A stretch of 64,000 nucleotides of DNA from assembly GCA_039024495.1 (NCBI GenBank), contig JBCCQE010000006.1:52244-116243 (forward strand). The letters are read 5' to 3'. This DNA is from Planctomycetota bacterium. GTDB lineage: Bacteria; Planctomycetota; Phycisphaerae; Phycisphaerales; Phycisphaeraceae. The position numbers were made by a program, and so were the translations under genes. This document shows, piece after piece, positions 8,304-16,428 of the stretch. Position 1 is the first letter of the stretch. Every line of letters begins with the position of its first letter. Under the pieces are notes generated by a model, which was not told the DNA's origin, searched no databases, and saw nothing but the letters and a program-made list of their open reading frames with translations.

Positions 8304-9254
8304 GTGAACGATCTGGATTACGCTCACCGCATCATGATGGTCTCGTCCGCTGCGCTCGTGCTGCTGGTCATCCCGCTCGGCCTGCTCGCCGCCACCGCCT
8401 GGCTCTGGGTCCGCGTCGTCCGAGGCTTCACCCCCGCCAACCGAGACTCGGCCACCTGCGGCGCGTGCGGCGCGGGCGTCCGCGGTATCGCCTCCTTCAC
8501 CTGCCCCGAATGCGGCGCCGACCTTCGCGAAGTCGGCATCATCACCCCCAAAGGCCGCACCCGCGTCTCGCTGCCCGTCTTCGCCCTCGGCTGGACGCTC
8601 CTCCCGCTGCTGCCCGCCCTCGTGCTGATTGCCATACTCGTCGCCCTCGGGCCCAGCGTCGTGCGATCCACCCTCAACCAATCGCTCTCCGACGGCCTCT
8701 GGCGGATCGACTGGCAGGCCCAGATCCACCCCAACTCGCCCTTGCTGCCGAGCACCTCGGTGAGCAGCTCCAGTTCCACGACGAACGGAGTCACCACCCA
8801 GTCCACCACCCTGCAGCTCGGCCTGCAGCCCAGCACCGAATACGACACCCTCACGATCGACCTTGGGGGGCCCACCGGCTTCGCCACGCTTCAATACCTG
8901 CCGGACACGCACGCCTATCGCGTGCTCGCCCCCAACACACCGCCGGTCGACGCGCCCGTCCCGCTCACCGCCGACGACTTGTCGCCCATCGCCACCGAGT
9001 TCGAACCTCGCCTAGTCGGCATCCTTGACCTAGCCAACGGGCTCGCCGAACGCCGCCAATCAATCACCGTCCGAGGCTGGGCAGGCGGATTCAGCGGCGG
9101 TTCAACCACCTCGACCCGCCCCGCCCGGTGGTATCTAGCCCTGCTGCTGACCATTGCGCTGGCGACCTACGCAGCCGGCTACGCCATCTACCTCCGCCTA
9201 CGCGCCCGAGCCGACCACCCCACCGACCCCACCCCCGCAGCACCCCCCGTTTAG
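8304..9254 (+). CDS. membrane protein with cytoplasmic zinc-ribbon (CxxC...CxxC)
   Basis: GTG start with an N-terminal TM helix. It carries CGACGAGVRGIASFTCPECG, two central TM helices, a Ser/Thr-rich segment and a C-terminal TM helix. Codon bias resembles neighbouring genes. Confidence 0.6.
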   Translation: MNDLDYAHRIMMVSSAALVLLVIPLGLLAATAWLWVRVVRGFTPANRDSATCGACGAGVRGIASFTCPECGADLREVGIITPKGRTRVSLPVFALGWTLLPLLPALVLIAILVALGPSVVRSTLNQSLSDGLWRIDWQAQIHPNSPLLPSTSVSSSSSTTNGVTTQSTTLQLGLQPSTEYDTLTIDLGGPTGFATLQYLPDTHAYRVLAPNTPPVDAPVPLTADDLSPIATEFEPRLVGILDLANGLAERRQSITVRGWAGGFSGGSTTSTRPARWYLALLLTIALATYAAGYAIYLRLRARADHPTDPTPAAPPV

Positions 9255-9263
9255 CCGCGCGCC

Positions 9264-9313
9264 CCACCAACCACCAACCCGCCAACCCGCCAACCATCAA
9301 CCCGCCCAACCCC
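9264..9313. repeat. tandem C/A-rich 7-8-nt array (about six GCCAACCC-like units)
   Basis: The sequence ccaccaaccaccaacccgccaacccgccaaccatcaacccgcccaacccc starts 10 nt after the stop at 9254. Its complement is G-run rich. Confidence 0.8.
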
Positions 9314-9619
9314 GGACTCTCCCCACCTCGCCCCGCCATCGCTGCCACCTAACCGGCACCGACCGAACAAAAACTAGACAACCGCCTTGACGCCGGTCGA
9401 TCAGGCTTTAAGCTGGCCACCGCCCAGAACCCAAACACGGTTCGGGCACCCCGGCACAGGCCCGTTGCCCGTGTCCAAGGCCCGCTCGGCCGCCCTTCCG
9501 GGAACGCCGCAAGCGTCGCACCCCGCCCCGCGACGCCACCACGCAGGAGAAGCCCGCCCATGGTTGCTACCCTCGATCGACCCTCCAACAAACACGGCTC
9601 GCCCCGGAAAGGAATCTCC

Positions 9620-10702
9620 ATGCCCAAGGCCGCCGCCGACCCCGGCAAGACCAAACAGGCAGACCGCCAGAAAGCCATCGACTCCACCCTCGCCCAGATC
9701 GAGCGCAACTTCGGCAAGGGCTCCATCATGAGGCTCGACGACGACCCGTCGAACCTCCCCCCCGGCATCTCCACCGGGTCGATCTCCCTCGACCTCGCCC
9801 TCGGCGGCAAAGGCATGCCCGCCGGCCGCGTCATCGAGATCTTCGGCCCCGAGTCCTCCGGCAAGACCACCCTCGCCCTCCACGTCGTCGCCTCGGCCCA
9901 GAAATCGGGCGGCGTCGCCGCGTTCATCGACGCCGAGCACGCCCTCGACCCCTCCTGGGCACGCCGCATCGGCGTCGACCTCGACGACCTGCTCGTCTCC
10001 CAGCCCGACACCGGCGAACAGGCCCTGGAGATCTGCGAGCTGCTCGTCCGCTCCAACGCCGTCGAGATCATCGTCGTTGACTCCGTCGCCGCCCTGATCC
10101 CGCGTGCCGAGATCGAGGGCGAAATGGGCGACAGCCACGTCGGCCTCCAGGCCCGCTTGATGTCCCAAGCCCTCCGCAAGCTCACCGGCGCCATCAACCG
10201 CTCACGCTGCACCGTCATCTTCATCAACCAGATCCGCGAGAAGATCGGCGTGATGTTCGGCAACCCCGAAACCACCCCCGGCGGCCGGGCCCTCAAGTTT
10301 TATTCGTCCGTCCGCGTCGACATCCGCCGCACCGGCTCGCTCAAGGAGGGCGACACCGCCGTCGGCAACCGCGTCCGCGCCAAGGTCGTCAAGAACAAGA
10401 TCGCCCCGCCCTTCCGCATGGCCGAGTTCGACATCATGTTCAACGAGGGCATCTCCGCCGCCGGCGACCTGATCGACCTCGCCGTCGAGACCGAGGTCGT
10501 CCAGAAGTCCGGCGCGTGGTTCAGCTTCGGCGAGGTCCGCCTCGGCCAGGGCCGCGAGAACGCCAAGACCTTCCTCAAAGAAAACCCCGACCTCTTCAAA
10601 GAAATCCAGGGTCTGGTGCTCGAAGCCAAGGGCGTCGTCACCTCCGAAGAAGCCGCCGAGGAAGCCGCCAGGCCGGGCGATCAACCCGAAGAAGACGCCT
10701 GA
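9620..10702 (+). CDS. recA: recombinase RecA
   Basis: [21 protein letters not shown], Walker [13 protein letters not shown] and [28 protein letters not shown]. Start at MPKAAADPG, preceded by GGAAAGGA. Confidence 0.97.
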   Translation: MPKAAADPGKTKQADRQKAIDSTLAQIERNFGKGSIMRLDDDPSNLPPGISTGSISLDLALGGKGMPAGRVIEIFGPESSGKTTLALHVVASAQKSGGVAAFIDAEHALDPSWARRIGVDLDDLLVSQPDTGEQALEICELLVRSNAVEIIVVDSVAALIPRAEIEGEMGDSHVGLQARLMSQALRKLTGAINRSRCTVIFINQIREKIGVMFGNPETTPGGRALKFYSSVRVDIRRTGSLKEGDTAVGNRVRAKVVKNKIAPPFRMAEFDIMFNEGISAAGDLIDLAVETEVVQKSGAWFSFGEVRLGQGRENAKTFLKENPDLFKEIQGLVLEAKGVVTSEEAAEEAARPGDQPEEDA

Positions 10703-10772
10703 CCCACACACCCGGCACCGCAGAGAAATGACGCGTTGAGGACATCGGCCGGGCTCAGCCGATATTTCAGGT

Positions 10773-11066
10773 GTGAGCGAAGACCCGCCAGCCAGCCCGC
10801 TACGCGACGAGAGCCGAGCCGACGCCATGCGGCGCATCTTCGGCAGCGCCAGCCGTTACGCCACGCCGTCGCCGCAGAGCGACGCACGCAGCCTCCGCGG
10901 CCAGCCGTGGATCGCCATGCAGTGGGACTGCTGCTCGGTCTACTCACGCCTCTACCGCAACCCGGCCGGCACCGCCTACGAGGGCCACTGCCCCAAGTGC
11001 GCCCGACCCGTCAGCGTCAAAATCGGCCCCGCCGGCACCGACACCCGCTTCTTCCGCGCCACCTGA
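10773..11066 (+). CDS. small Cys-rich conserved hypothetical protein (97 aa)
   Basis: WIAMQWDCCSVYSRLYRNPAGTAYEGHCPKCARPVSV looks like a 4-Cys zinc-binding module. Codons are GC3-rich. The start is uncertain: GTG at 10773 or ATG at 10827. Confidence 0.5.
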   Translation: MSEDPPASPLRDESRADAMRRIFGSASRYATPSPQSDARSLRGQPWIAMQWDCCSVYSRLYRNPAGTAYEGHCPKCARPVSVKIGPAGTDTRFFRAT

Positions 11067-11268
11067 GCCCCAGCAACCCACCCTTCCCGCAAGGGCGGCC
11101 CAGGGTGCAAGCCGCTGCAATGTTTTGCGTCAATTCTGACCGGATGAGGCCGGGGTGCCAAACCTCGTACGCAGCACGATGTGTGTGGTTGAGCATGCGG
11201 ACCCGCAATCACACATTGCCCCCGGCAAGGTGTGGCACCCGGCGGAATACGCTTGATGGCAGCGATGC

Positions 11269-11814
11269 CTAACGCTTCGTCGGGAAACCCCACCAGACCA
11301 GCGTCCGGCTGAGCACCAGCGGCAGGATCGACGCCACCACGCCCGTGTAGATCAGCTCCGCGAACCGACGCGCGAGCTGGTCCGTCGTGTCCCACCCCGC
11401 CAACGCCTCGGCCGGCAGCAGCGGCATCCCACGCAGCGACAGCACCAGCACGATCGCCAGGTGCCCGAACAGCCCCCCCAGAAACGTCATCACCCCCAGC
11501 GTCAGCCCCGACTGCCGATACACCATGCCCCGCATCTGCAGCACCGCGAACGCCACCAACGCGTACCCCAACGCGTGCGCCCCGACCAGCCCACCCGAGT
11601 CCGCCCCGGCCACAAGGTCCACCGCCAGCCCCGCAATCAGCCCCGCCCACAGCGACGTCGAAGAAGACGCCTGCAGCGCCACCCACGTCACCAGGATCAG
11701 CACAAAGCTCGGGCTCACCCCGCTCACCGAGTCCGGGATCGCGAGCAAACCCGCCAGGCCACGCTCGATCGCCAGCGCCAGATACAACGCCAAACCAAAG
11801 ACCGCCCAGTTCAT
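11269..11814 (-). CDS. mreD: rod shape-determining protein MreD
   Basis: A 181-aa polytopic membrane protein directly after mreC, with a 4-nt ATGA overlap at 11811-11814. The call rests on position and hydrophobicity. Confidence 0.8.
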   Translation of the reverse strand: MNWAVFGLALYLALAIERGLAGLLAIPDSVSGVSPSFVLILVTWVALQASSSTSLWAGLIAGLAVDLVAGADSGGLVGAHALGYALVAFAVLQMRGMVYRQSGLTLGVMTFLGGLFGHLAIVLVLSLRGMPLLPAEALAGWDTTDQLARRFAELIYTGVVASILPLVLSRTLVWWGFPTKR

Positions 11815-12746
11815 CGATCGCCACCCTCCGAGCCGCCCTCATCGATCGCCTGCCCCACCTCCGCGATCACCGTCACCCGCGCCAGCCGCGTCAAGTCCCT
11901 CAGAGGCGTCACCACGACCCGCTTCAACTGAACCGGCTGATCCGTGCGGTCGTCGATCGTCGTCACCACCCCAATGACCCGCCCGTCCGCGGCGGTCGGC
12001 CACCGGCCCAGGTCGTCCACCAGGTGCGCCAGGTCCCCCTCGCGCACCGGCGCACCGATCGCCACCTCGGTCACAAACCCACTCCCGTCGTCGAGCACGG
12101 CAAACTGCTCCACCACCGACCGCGGCTCGCTCGCGTCTGCCGGCCCCAGCCTCGCCCGAAGCGTCGTCCCCGGCGCCGTGATCAGCCGCACCTCGCTGGT
12201 CCGCCCCGTGACCTCGATCACCTCGCCCACCAGGTTCGCCCCGGCCACCACCGTCTGCCGCTCGGCCACGCCCGACGCCCGCCCGCGGTCCAGCGTAAGC
12301 GTCCGCTCCACCGGCCCGCCCCGCTCGCTGGTCACCCGCGCGCGGATGTATCGCAGCGGCCGATCGCCCAGCCCCTCGCGCACCCGACTCAACTGGGCGA
12401 TCTCTTCCTCGAGCGCCGCCACCCGGTTCGTCAGCCGCTCGTTGCGGGCCTTGAGCGCGAGGAAGTTGTCGTACAAGTCCCGCGCCGCCGCCGGGTCCTG
12501 ATCGTTCAGCTCCGCCAGCCGGGCCACGATGTCCGGCGGCAGCGCGGGGCCGCGCTGCGTGCCCGGCCTCAGCGTCAGCGACACCTGCCTCAGCGTCGAC
12601 TCGCCGGGGATCATCACGAACCGGCACGCCTCGATCGGCACGTACATCAGCCACCCCGACCACCCCGCCGGCATCTGCGACAGCAAAGCCAACGCCACCA
12701 GCGTCAGCCCCAGCGGCCGTCGGCCCGACATCCACGAACGCGCCAT
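11811..12746 (-). CDS. mreC: rod shape-determining protein MreC
   Basis: N-terminal TM helix, a coiled-coil segment (LKARNERLTNRVAALEEEIAQL), then beta-rich domains. It sits between mreB and mreD. Confidence 0.85.
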   Translation of the reverse strand: MARSWMSGRRPLGLTLVALALLSQMPAGWSGWLMYVPIEACRFVMIPGESTLRQVSLTLRPGTQRGPALPPDIVARLAELNDQDPAAARDLYDNFLALKARNERLTNRVAALEEEIAQLSRVREGLGDRPLRYIRARVTSERGGPVERTLTLDRGRASGVAERQTVVAGANLVGEVIEVTGRTSEVRLITAPGTTLRARLGPADASEPRSVVEQFAVLDDGSGFVTEVAIGAPVREGDLAHLVDDLGRWPTAADGRVIGVVTTIDDRTDQPVQLKRVVVTPLRDLTRLARVTVIAEVGQAIDEGGSEGGDR

Positions 12747-12805
12747 CCGTCAGTCTTACCACATCCCCGCCGTCGTCACACCCAAACGCCCCGCCTCGGC
12801 CGACC

Positions 12806-13855
12806 TCAGAGGTCGTCCATGTCCGACTCCATCGTCTGCTTCCACTCCTCGAGGTGCTCGAGGTAGATCGCCGTGCCGCGCGCCACGCAGGTCAGTGGGT
12901 CGTCGGCGATCCTGCAGTCCAGCCCGGTCGCGTTGGTCATCACGACGTCGATCGCCCGCAGCAGCGCCCCGCCGCCGGCCAGCACGATGCCGTTGTCCAC
13001 GAGGTCGGCCGCCAGCTCCGGCTCGCACCGCTCGAGCGTGCGCGTCACCGTCTCGATGATCGCCGACAGCGGCTCCTGCAACGCCTCGCGGATCTCTTCG
13101 GAGGTGATCACCGTCTTGCGCGGCAGCCCGGAGATCATGTCCCGCCCGCGCACCTCCATCGATCGCTCGTCGCCATCCGGTGCGGCCGAGCCGATCTCGA
13201 TCTTGATGCGCTCGGCCGTCTGCTCGCCGATCATCAGGTTGTAGGCCTTTTTCATGTGGCCGATGATCGCTTCGTCCATGTCATCGCCGGCCACGCGCAC
13301 CGACTCGCACTGGGCGATGTCCGCCAGCGACATGATCGCCACCTCGGTCGTGCCGCCGCCGATGTCGACGATCATCGACGCCGTCGCCTCGACGATCGGC
13401 AGGTTCGCGCCAATCCCCGCGGCCATCGGCTCTTCGACGAGGTACACCCGCCGCGCCCCCGCGCGCTCGGCCGAGTCCAGCACCGCACGCTTCTCCACCG
13501 CCGTAATCCCCGACGGCACGGCGATCACCACGCGCGGGCTCACGAACGGCCGCTTGCCGTTCACCTTGCGGATGAAATAGCCCAGCATCGCCTCGGTGAT
13601 CTCGAAGTCGCTGATCACGCCGTCTTTGAGTGGACGGATCGCGGTGATCGACCCCGGCGTCTTGCCGAGCATCTCCTTGGCGACCCAGCCCACGGCGTTG
13701 CCGTTCTGCAGGACCTGGTTCGTGCCCTTCTTCACCGCCACCACCGAGGGCTCGTTCAGCACGATCCCCTCGCCACGCACGCACACCAGCGTGTTGCACG
13801 TGCCCAGGTCGATGCCCATATCGACGCTGAACCAGCTCAGGACCCGATCGATCAT
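12806..13855 (-). CDS. mreB: actin-like rod shape protein MreB
   Basis: MGIDLGTCNTLV, ITAIRPLKDGVISDF, VIAVPSGITAVEKRAV and DIGGGTTEVAI. Start chosen at MIDRVLSWF; the track ORF extends to 13927. Confidence 0.95.
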   Translation of the reverse strand: MIDRVLSWFSVDMGIDLGTCNTLVCVRGEGIVLNEPSVVAVKKGTNQVLQNGNAVGWVAKEMLGKTPGSITAIRPLKDGVISDFEITEAMLGYFIRKVNGKRPFVSPRVVIAVPSGITAVEKRAVLDSAERAGARRVYLVEEPMAAGIGANLPIVEATASMIVDIGGGTTEVAIMSLADIAQCESVRVAGDDMDEAIIGHMKKAYNLMIGEQTAERIKIEIGSAAPDGDERSMEVRGRDMISGLPRKTVITSEEIREALQEPLSAIIETVTRTLERCEPELAADLVDNGIVLAGGGALLRAIDVVMTNATGLDCRIADDPLTCVARGTAIYLEHLEEWKQTMESDMDDL

Positions 13856-14077
13856 GCGAAGGTCGTCACGCTCAGGAGGGAGGAAGGAGCCAGACCGGCC
13901 GACCGCTCGGCCAACCCGCGAAGCCATGCAGTGTAACCCAACCCAAGCCCCCTCGACGGGTTAGCGACTGCCGCCGATCATCTCATCGGCTCCCGCTGGT
14001 CACCAAGCCCAACGAAACACAACCGACAACACCTCGCAGAGCCAATCGGGCTGAACCCGCCGCAGTGCTAGCGAGCC

Positions 14078-14215
14078 TCAACCGCCGAAGGCAAAGAGGT
14101 TGCCCACCCCGCCCAGCACCTCGTTGGCACGGAACAGCAAGTAGCCGATGCCCACCAGCAGCGAGACCGCGGCGATCAGCAGCATGAGCGTGAACACGTT
14201 GAACGAATCGGCCAT
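14078..14215 (-). CDS. 45-aa hydrophobic micropeptide (not in ORF track)
   Basis: My own translation gives MADSFNVFTLMLLIAAVSLLVGIGYLLFRANEVLGGVGNLFAFGG followed by a stop. GGAG lies 6 nt upstream of the ATG and the codons are GC3-rich. It is co-directional with, and 54 nt downstream of, the coiled-coil gene. Confidence 0.5.
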   Translation of the reverse strand: MADSFNVFTLMLLIAAVSLLVGIGYLLFRANEVLGGVGNLFAFGG

Positions 14216-14269
14216 GTCAGTCTCCAGGTCGCCGAGGCGGCCGAGGCCGCCCCGCGGGAAGCTTGCAAA

Positions 14270-15142
14270 TCAGAGCTCGCCGGCGAAGACGAGGTCGCCC
14301 ACGCCGATGTCGCCGACGGTGATGGTGGTCACGCCCGCCGACTCGGCCGGGTCGGCCACGCTGATCTTGACGGTGCCCAGGTAGTTCTCGCCGCGGTGCA
14401 CCATGAATTCCATGTTGGGAAGCACGCCGTCGTTGGTGCCGACGCTGAGCTGCACGAGCACCTCGCCCGACTCGGTGTCGACGGCCGTCACGCGGCCGAA
14501 GATCGGGGTGGTCGGCACGGGGGTGGCCGTGGTCTCGGTGGCGAAGGCCTCCTGCACGGCAGCTTCGGGCAGCGAGGCGAGACGCTGCTCAAGCTCGGCC
14601 ACGCGCTGGCCGCGAGCGGCAAGGCTCTCGCGGAGCTGACGCACGCTGCGGCTCAAGGCCTCGCGCTCGGCCTGCACTTCCTGCAGGGCATCGGTCAGCT
14701 CGATCTGACGCTTGGTGGCGTCGAGCAGGTCGTCGCGGAGCTCGGTGAGCTGCTCGGTGTTGTCTTTCAAGAGCTCGTTGGCGGTCTGAGCCGTGGCGGC
14801 GACGCCCTCGAGGCTGGCGTTCGAGGCGACGAGGTCCTGCCGCACGCTGGCGAGGTCACGCAGGGCCGAGGCGAGCTCGGCGTCCTTCTTGGAAAGTGCG
14901 CTGGTCAACGACTGGACCTGAGCCTGAGCGCCCTGGATCTGGGAAGTGAGGTCGGACTGGATGATGCCGATCTCGCTCTGAGCGGAGCTTGCCTTCTGCT
15001 CGGCGAGGCTCGCCCGGTTCCGCTCGGCGGTCAGTTGAGCGTTGAGGTCCTCGGTCTGAGCCACGAAGGGCACGACCAGAGCCACCAGCAACACCGACAG
15101 GAAGCTCACCAGAACGACAAATGCCTTGGAGAGTGCGCTCAC
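14270..15142 (-). CDS. membrane-anchored coiled-coil protein with C-terminal beta domain
   Basis: N-terminal TM helix (AFVVLVSFLSVLLVALVVPFV), about 170 aa of heptad-like Q/A/L/E-rich sequence, then GRVTAVDTESGEVLVQLSVGTNDGV...GDLV. No family recognised. Confidence 0.7.
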   Translation of the reverse strand: MSALSKAFVVLVSFLSVLLVALVVPFVAQTEDLNAQLTAERNRASLAEQKASSAQSEIGIIQSDLTSQIQGAQAQVQSLTSALSKKDAELASALRDLASVRQDLVASNASLEGVAATAQTANELLKDNTEQLTELRDDLLDATKRQIELTDALQEVQAEREALSRSVRQLRESLAARGQRVAELEQRLASLPEAAVQEAFATETTATPVPTTPIFGRVTAVDTESGEVLVQLSVGTNDGVLPNMEFMVHRGENYLGTVKISVADPAESAGVTTITVGDIGVGDLVFAGEL

Positions 15143-15294
15143 GTTTTGAACCTCGCTTCAGCGTCGACCCAAGCCCGCGAGTCGGCCGCCGAACGGCGAC
15201 CTAAAGACCACACACCGCGGGTGATAGGTCGCACTATCCGCCGCCCCCGCGGCCGTGTCAAACGCGACGCCCGCGGGCCCCGGCTCGGCCCGCC

Positions 15295-16419
15295 TTACCG
15301 CCCGGCGGCCTGCAGCACTGCCCCGGCTGCCGACAGCCGCACCTGCAGGGACGGGTCGTCCAGCAGATCGACCAAAACGCGGGCCGACGCGGCGTCCTCC
15401 GCCAGGCCCAGCCCGTAGGCCGCTTGAGCGCGGACGGCGTCGGCGGCTTCGGCCAATCGACCGGGGTCGTTCAGCACGGCCTGCATCTCGGCGGTCAGGG
15501 CCGAGCGCACCGCCGCCTGCCGCGTGGCCTCGCGCAGCTCGTCGGCCGCACGGTCCGGCGTGTACCCGGCGGCGACGCGCAGCTCGTCCACCCCCGACGG
15601 GTCGTCCATCCGCAGCAGCGTCGTCGCCGCGGCCAGCCGGACCTCGCGGGTGTCGTCGTCGACCAGCCGGCTCAGGGCCGGTCGCATCGCGCGATCGCCG
15701 AGCCGGCCGAGCAGATCGATCGCAAAGACGCGGACTTCGATCGCCTCGACCGCCTGCTCGTAGGCCGCCGCGCGGATGACGTCGATCGCCGTCTCGTCGC
15801 CCAGGCGGACCAGCGCCTCGGCGAGCTTGATCTGCACCACGCGTTCTGCCTCGGGCGCCGCGCGGCGGAGCTGCACGCCGGCCGAGGCCTGGATCATCGG
15901 GCGGGCCGACCGATCGCCAAGCCGGGCGAGGACCTCGGCGGTGTTCATGCGTGCGGTGGTCAGCGGCTCGTGCAGCAGGCCGGCGAGCGGGCTTTTGTCG
16001 ACCGGCTGGCCCGTGCGGGCGGCGGCGTAGATCGCGGCGGCACGCACCGACGGCGAGGGGTCGTTGAGCAGGCCCGTCGCCGAGCGGCCGAGCCCGGTGA
16101 GCTTGAGCTCGCCGATCGCCATCAGGGCGCGGTAGCGCACTCGAGGGTCGGCGTCGGCCAGGCCGAGCTGGGCGAGCGCGACGATGCGGTCGCGATCGGG
16201 GTGGGCGGCTTCGATGGCCTCGGCCCGCCGCGCGGCGTCGGCGCTGCGTGACGCTTCGAGCACCACGGCCGAGGCACGCTCGCGGGCGTCGGCGAGCACC
16301 TGCGACCGGCTCTGCGACGGGGCGTCGGCCGACTGCGCAACGGCCGAGCCGGCGAGAAGGAAAGCAATCGCCGCCCAAGCAATCAGGGTGCGGCCCGTGA
16401 GGTGGAGGGTGTGTGCCAT
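15295..16419 (-). CDS. secreted HEAT-repeat protein
   Basis: Signal peptide, then repeated D-x-R-V-R-x-A-A / PSVRAAA-type helical repeats. It starts 9 nt after the lnt stop. Confidence 0.75.
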   Translation of the reverse strand: MAHTLHLTGRTLIAWAAIAFLLAGSAVAQSADAPSQSRSQVLADARERASAVVLEASRSADAARRAEAIEAAHPDRDRIVALAQLGLADADPRVRYRALMAIGELKLTGLGRSATGLLNDPSPSVRAAAIYAAARTGQPVDKSPLAGLLHEPLTTARMNTAEVLARLGDRSARPMIQASAGVQLRRAAPEAERVVQIKLAEALVRLGDETAIDVIRAAAYEQAVEAIEVRVFAIDLLGRLGDRAMRPALSRLVDDDTREVRLAAATTLLRMDDPSGVDELRVAAGYTPDRAADELREATRQAAVRSALTAEMQAVLNDPGRLAEAADAVRAQAAYGLGLAEDAASARVLVDLLDDPSLQVRLSAAGAVLQAAGR

Positions 16420-16428
16420 GCGATGAGT

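Noticed and set aside
9255-9619. Canonical LexA/SOS boxes upstream of recA, and likewise upstream of recN, uvrD and ruvA
   Set aside because: I found no CTGT-N8-ACAG, GAAC-N4-GTTC, GTTC-N7-GTTC or TGTTC-N4-GAACA match by eye. Only the weaker motifs reported as a low-confidence finding were seen.
11120-11272. 50-aa plus-strand ORF (MFCVNSDRMRPG...) in the convergent spacer
   Set aside because: GC3 is low relative to real genes, there is no RBS, and the ORF overlaps the hairpin region. It is more likely non-coding.
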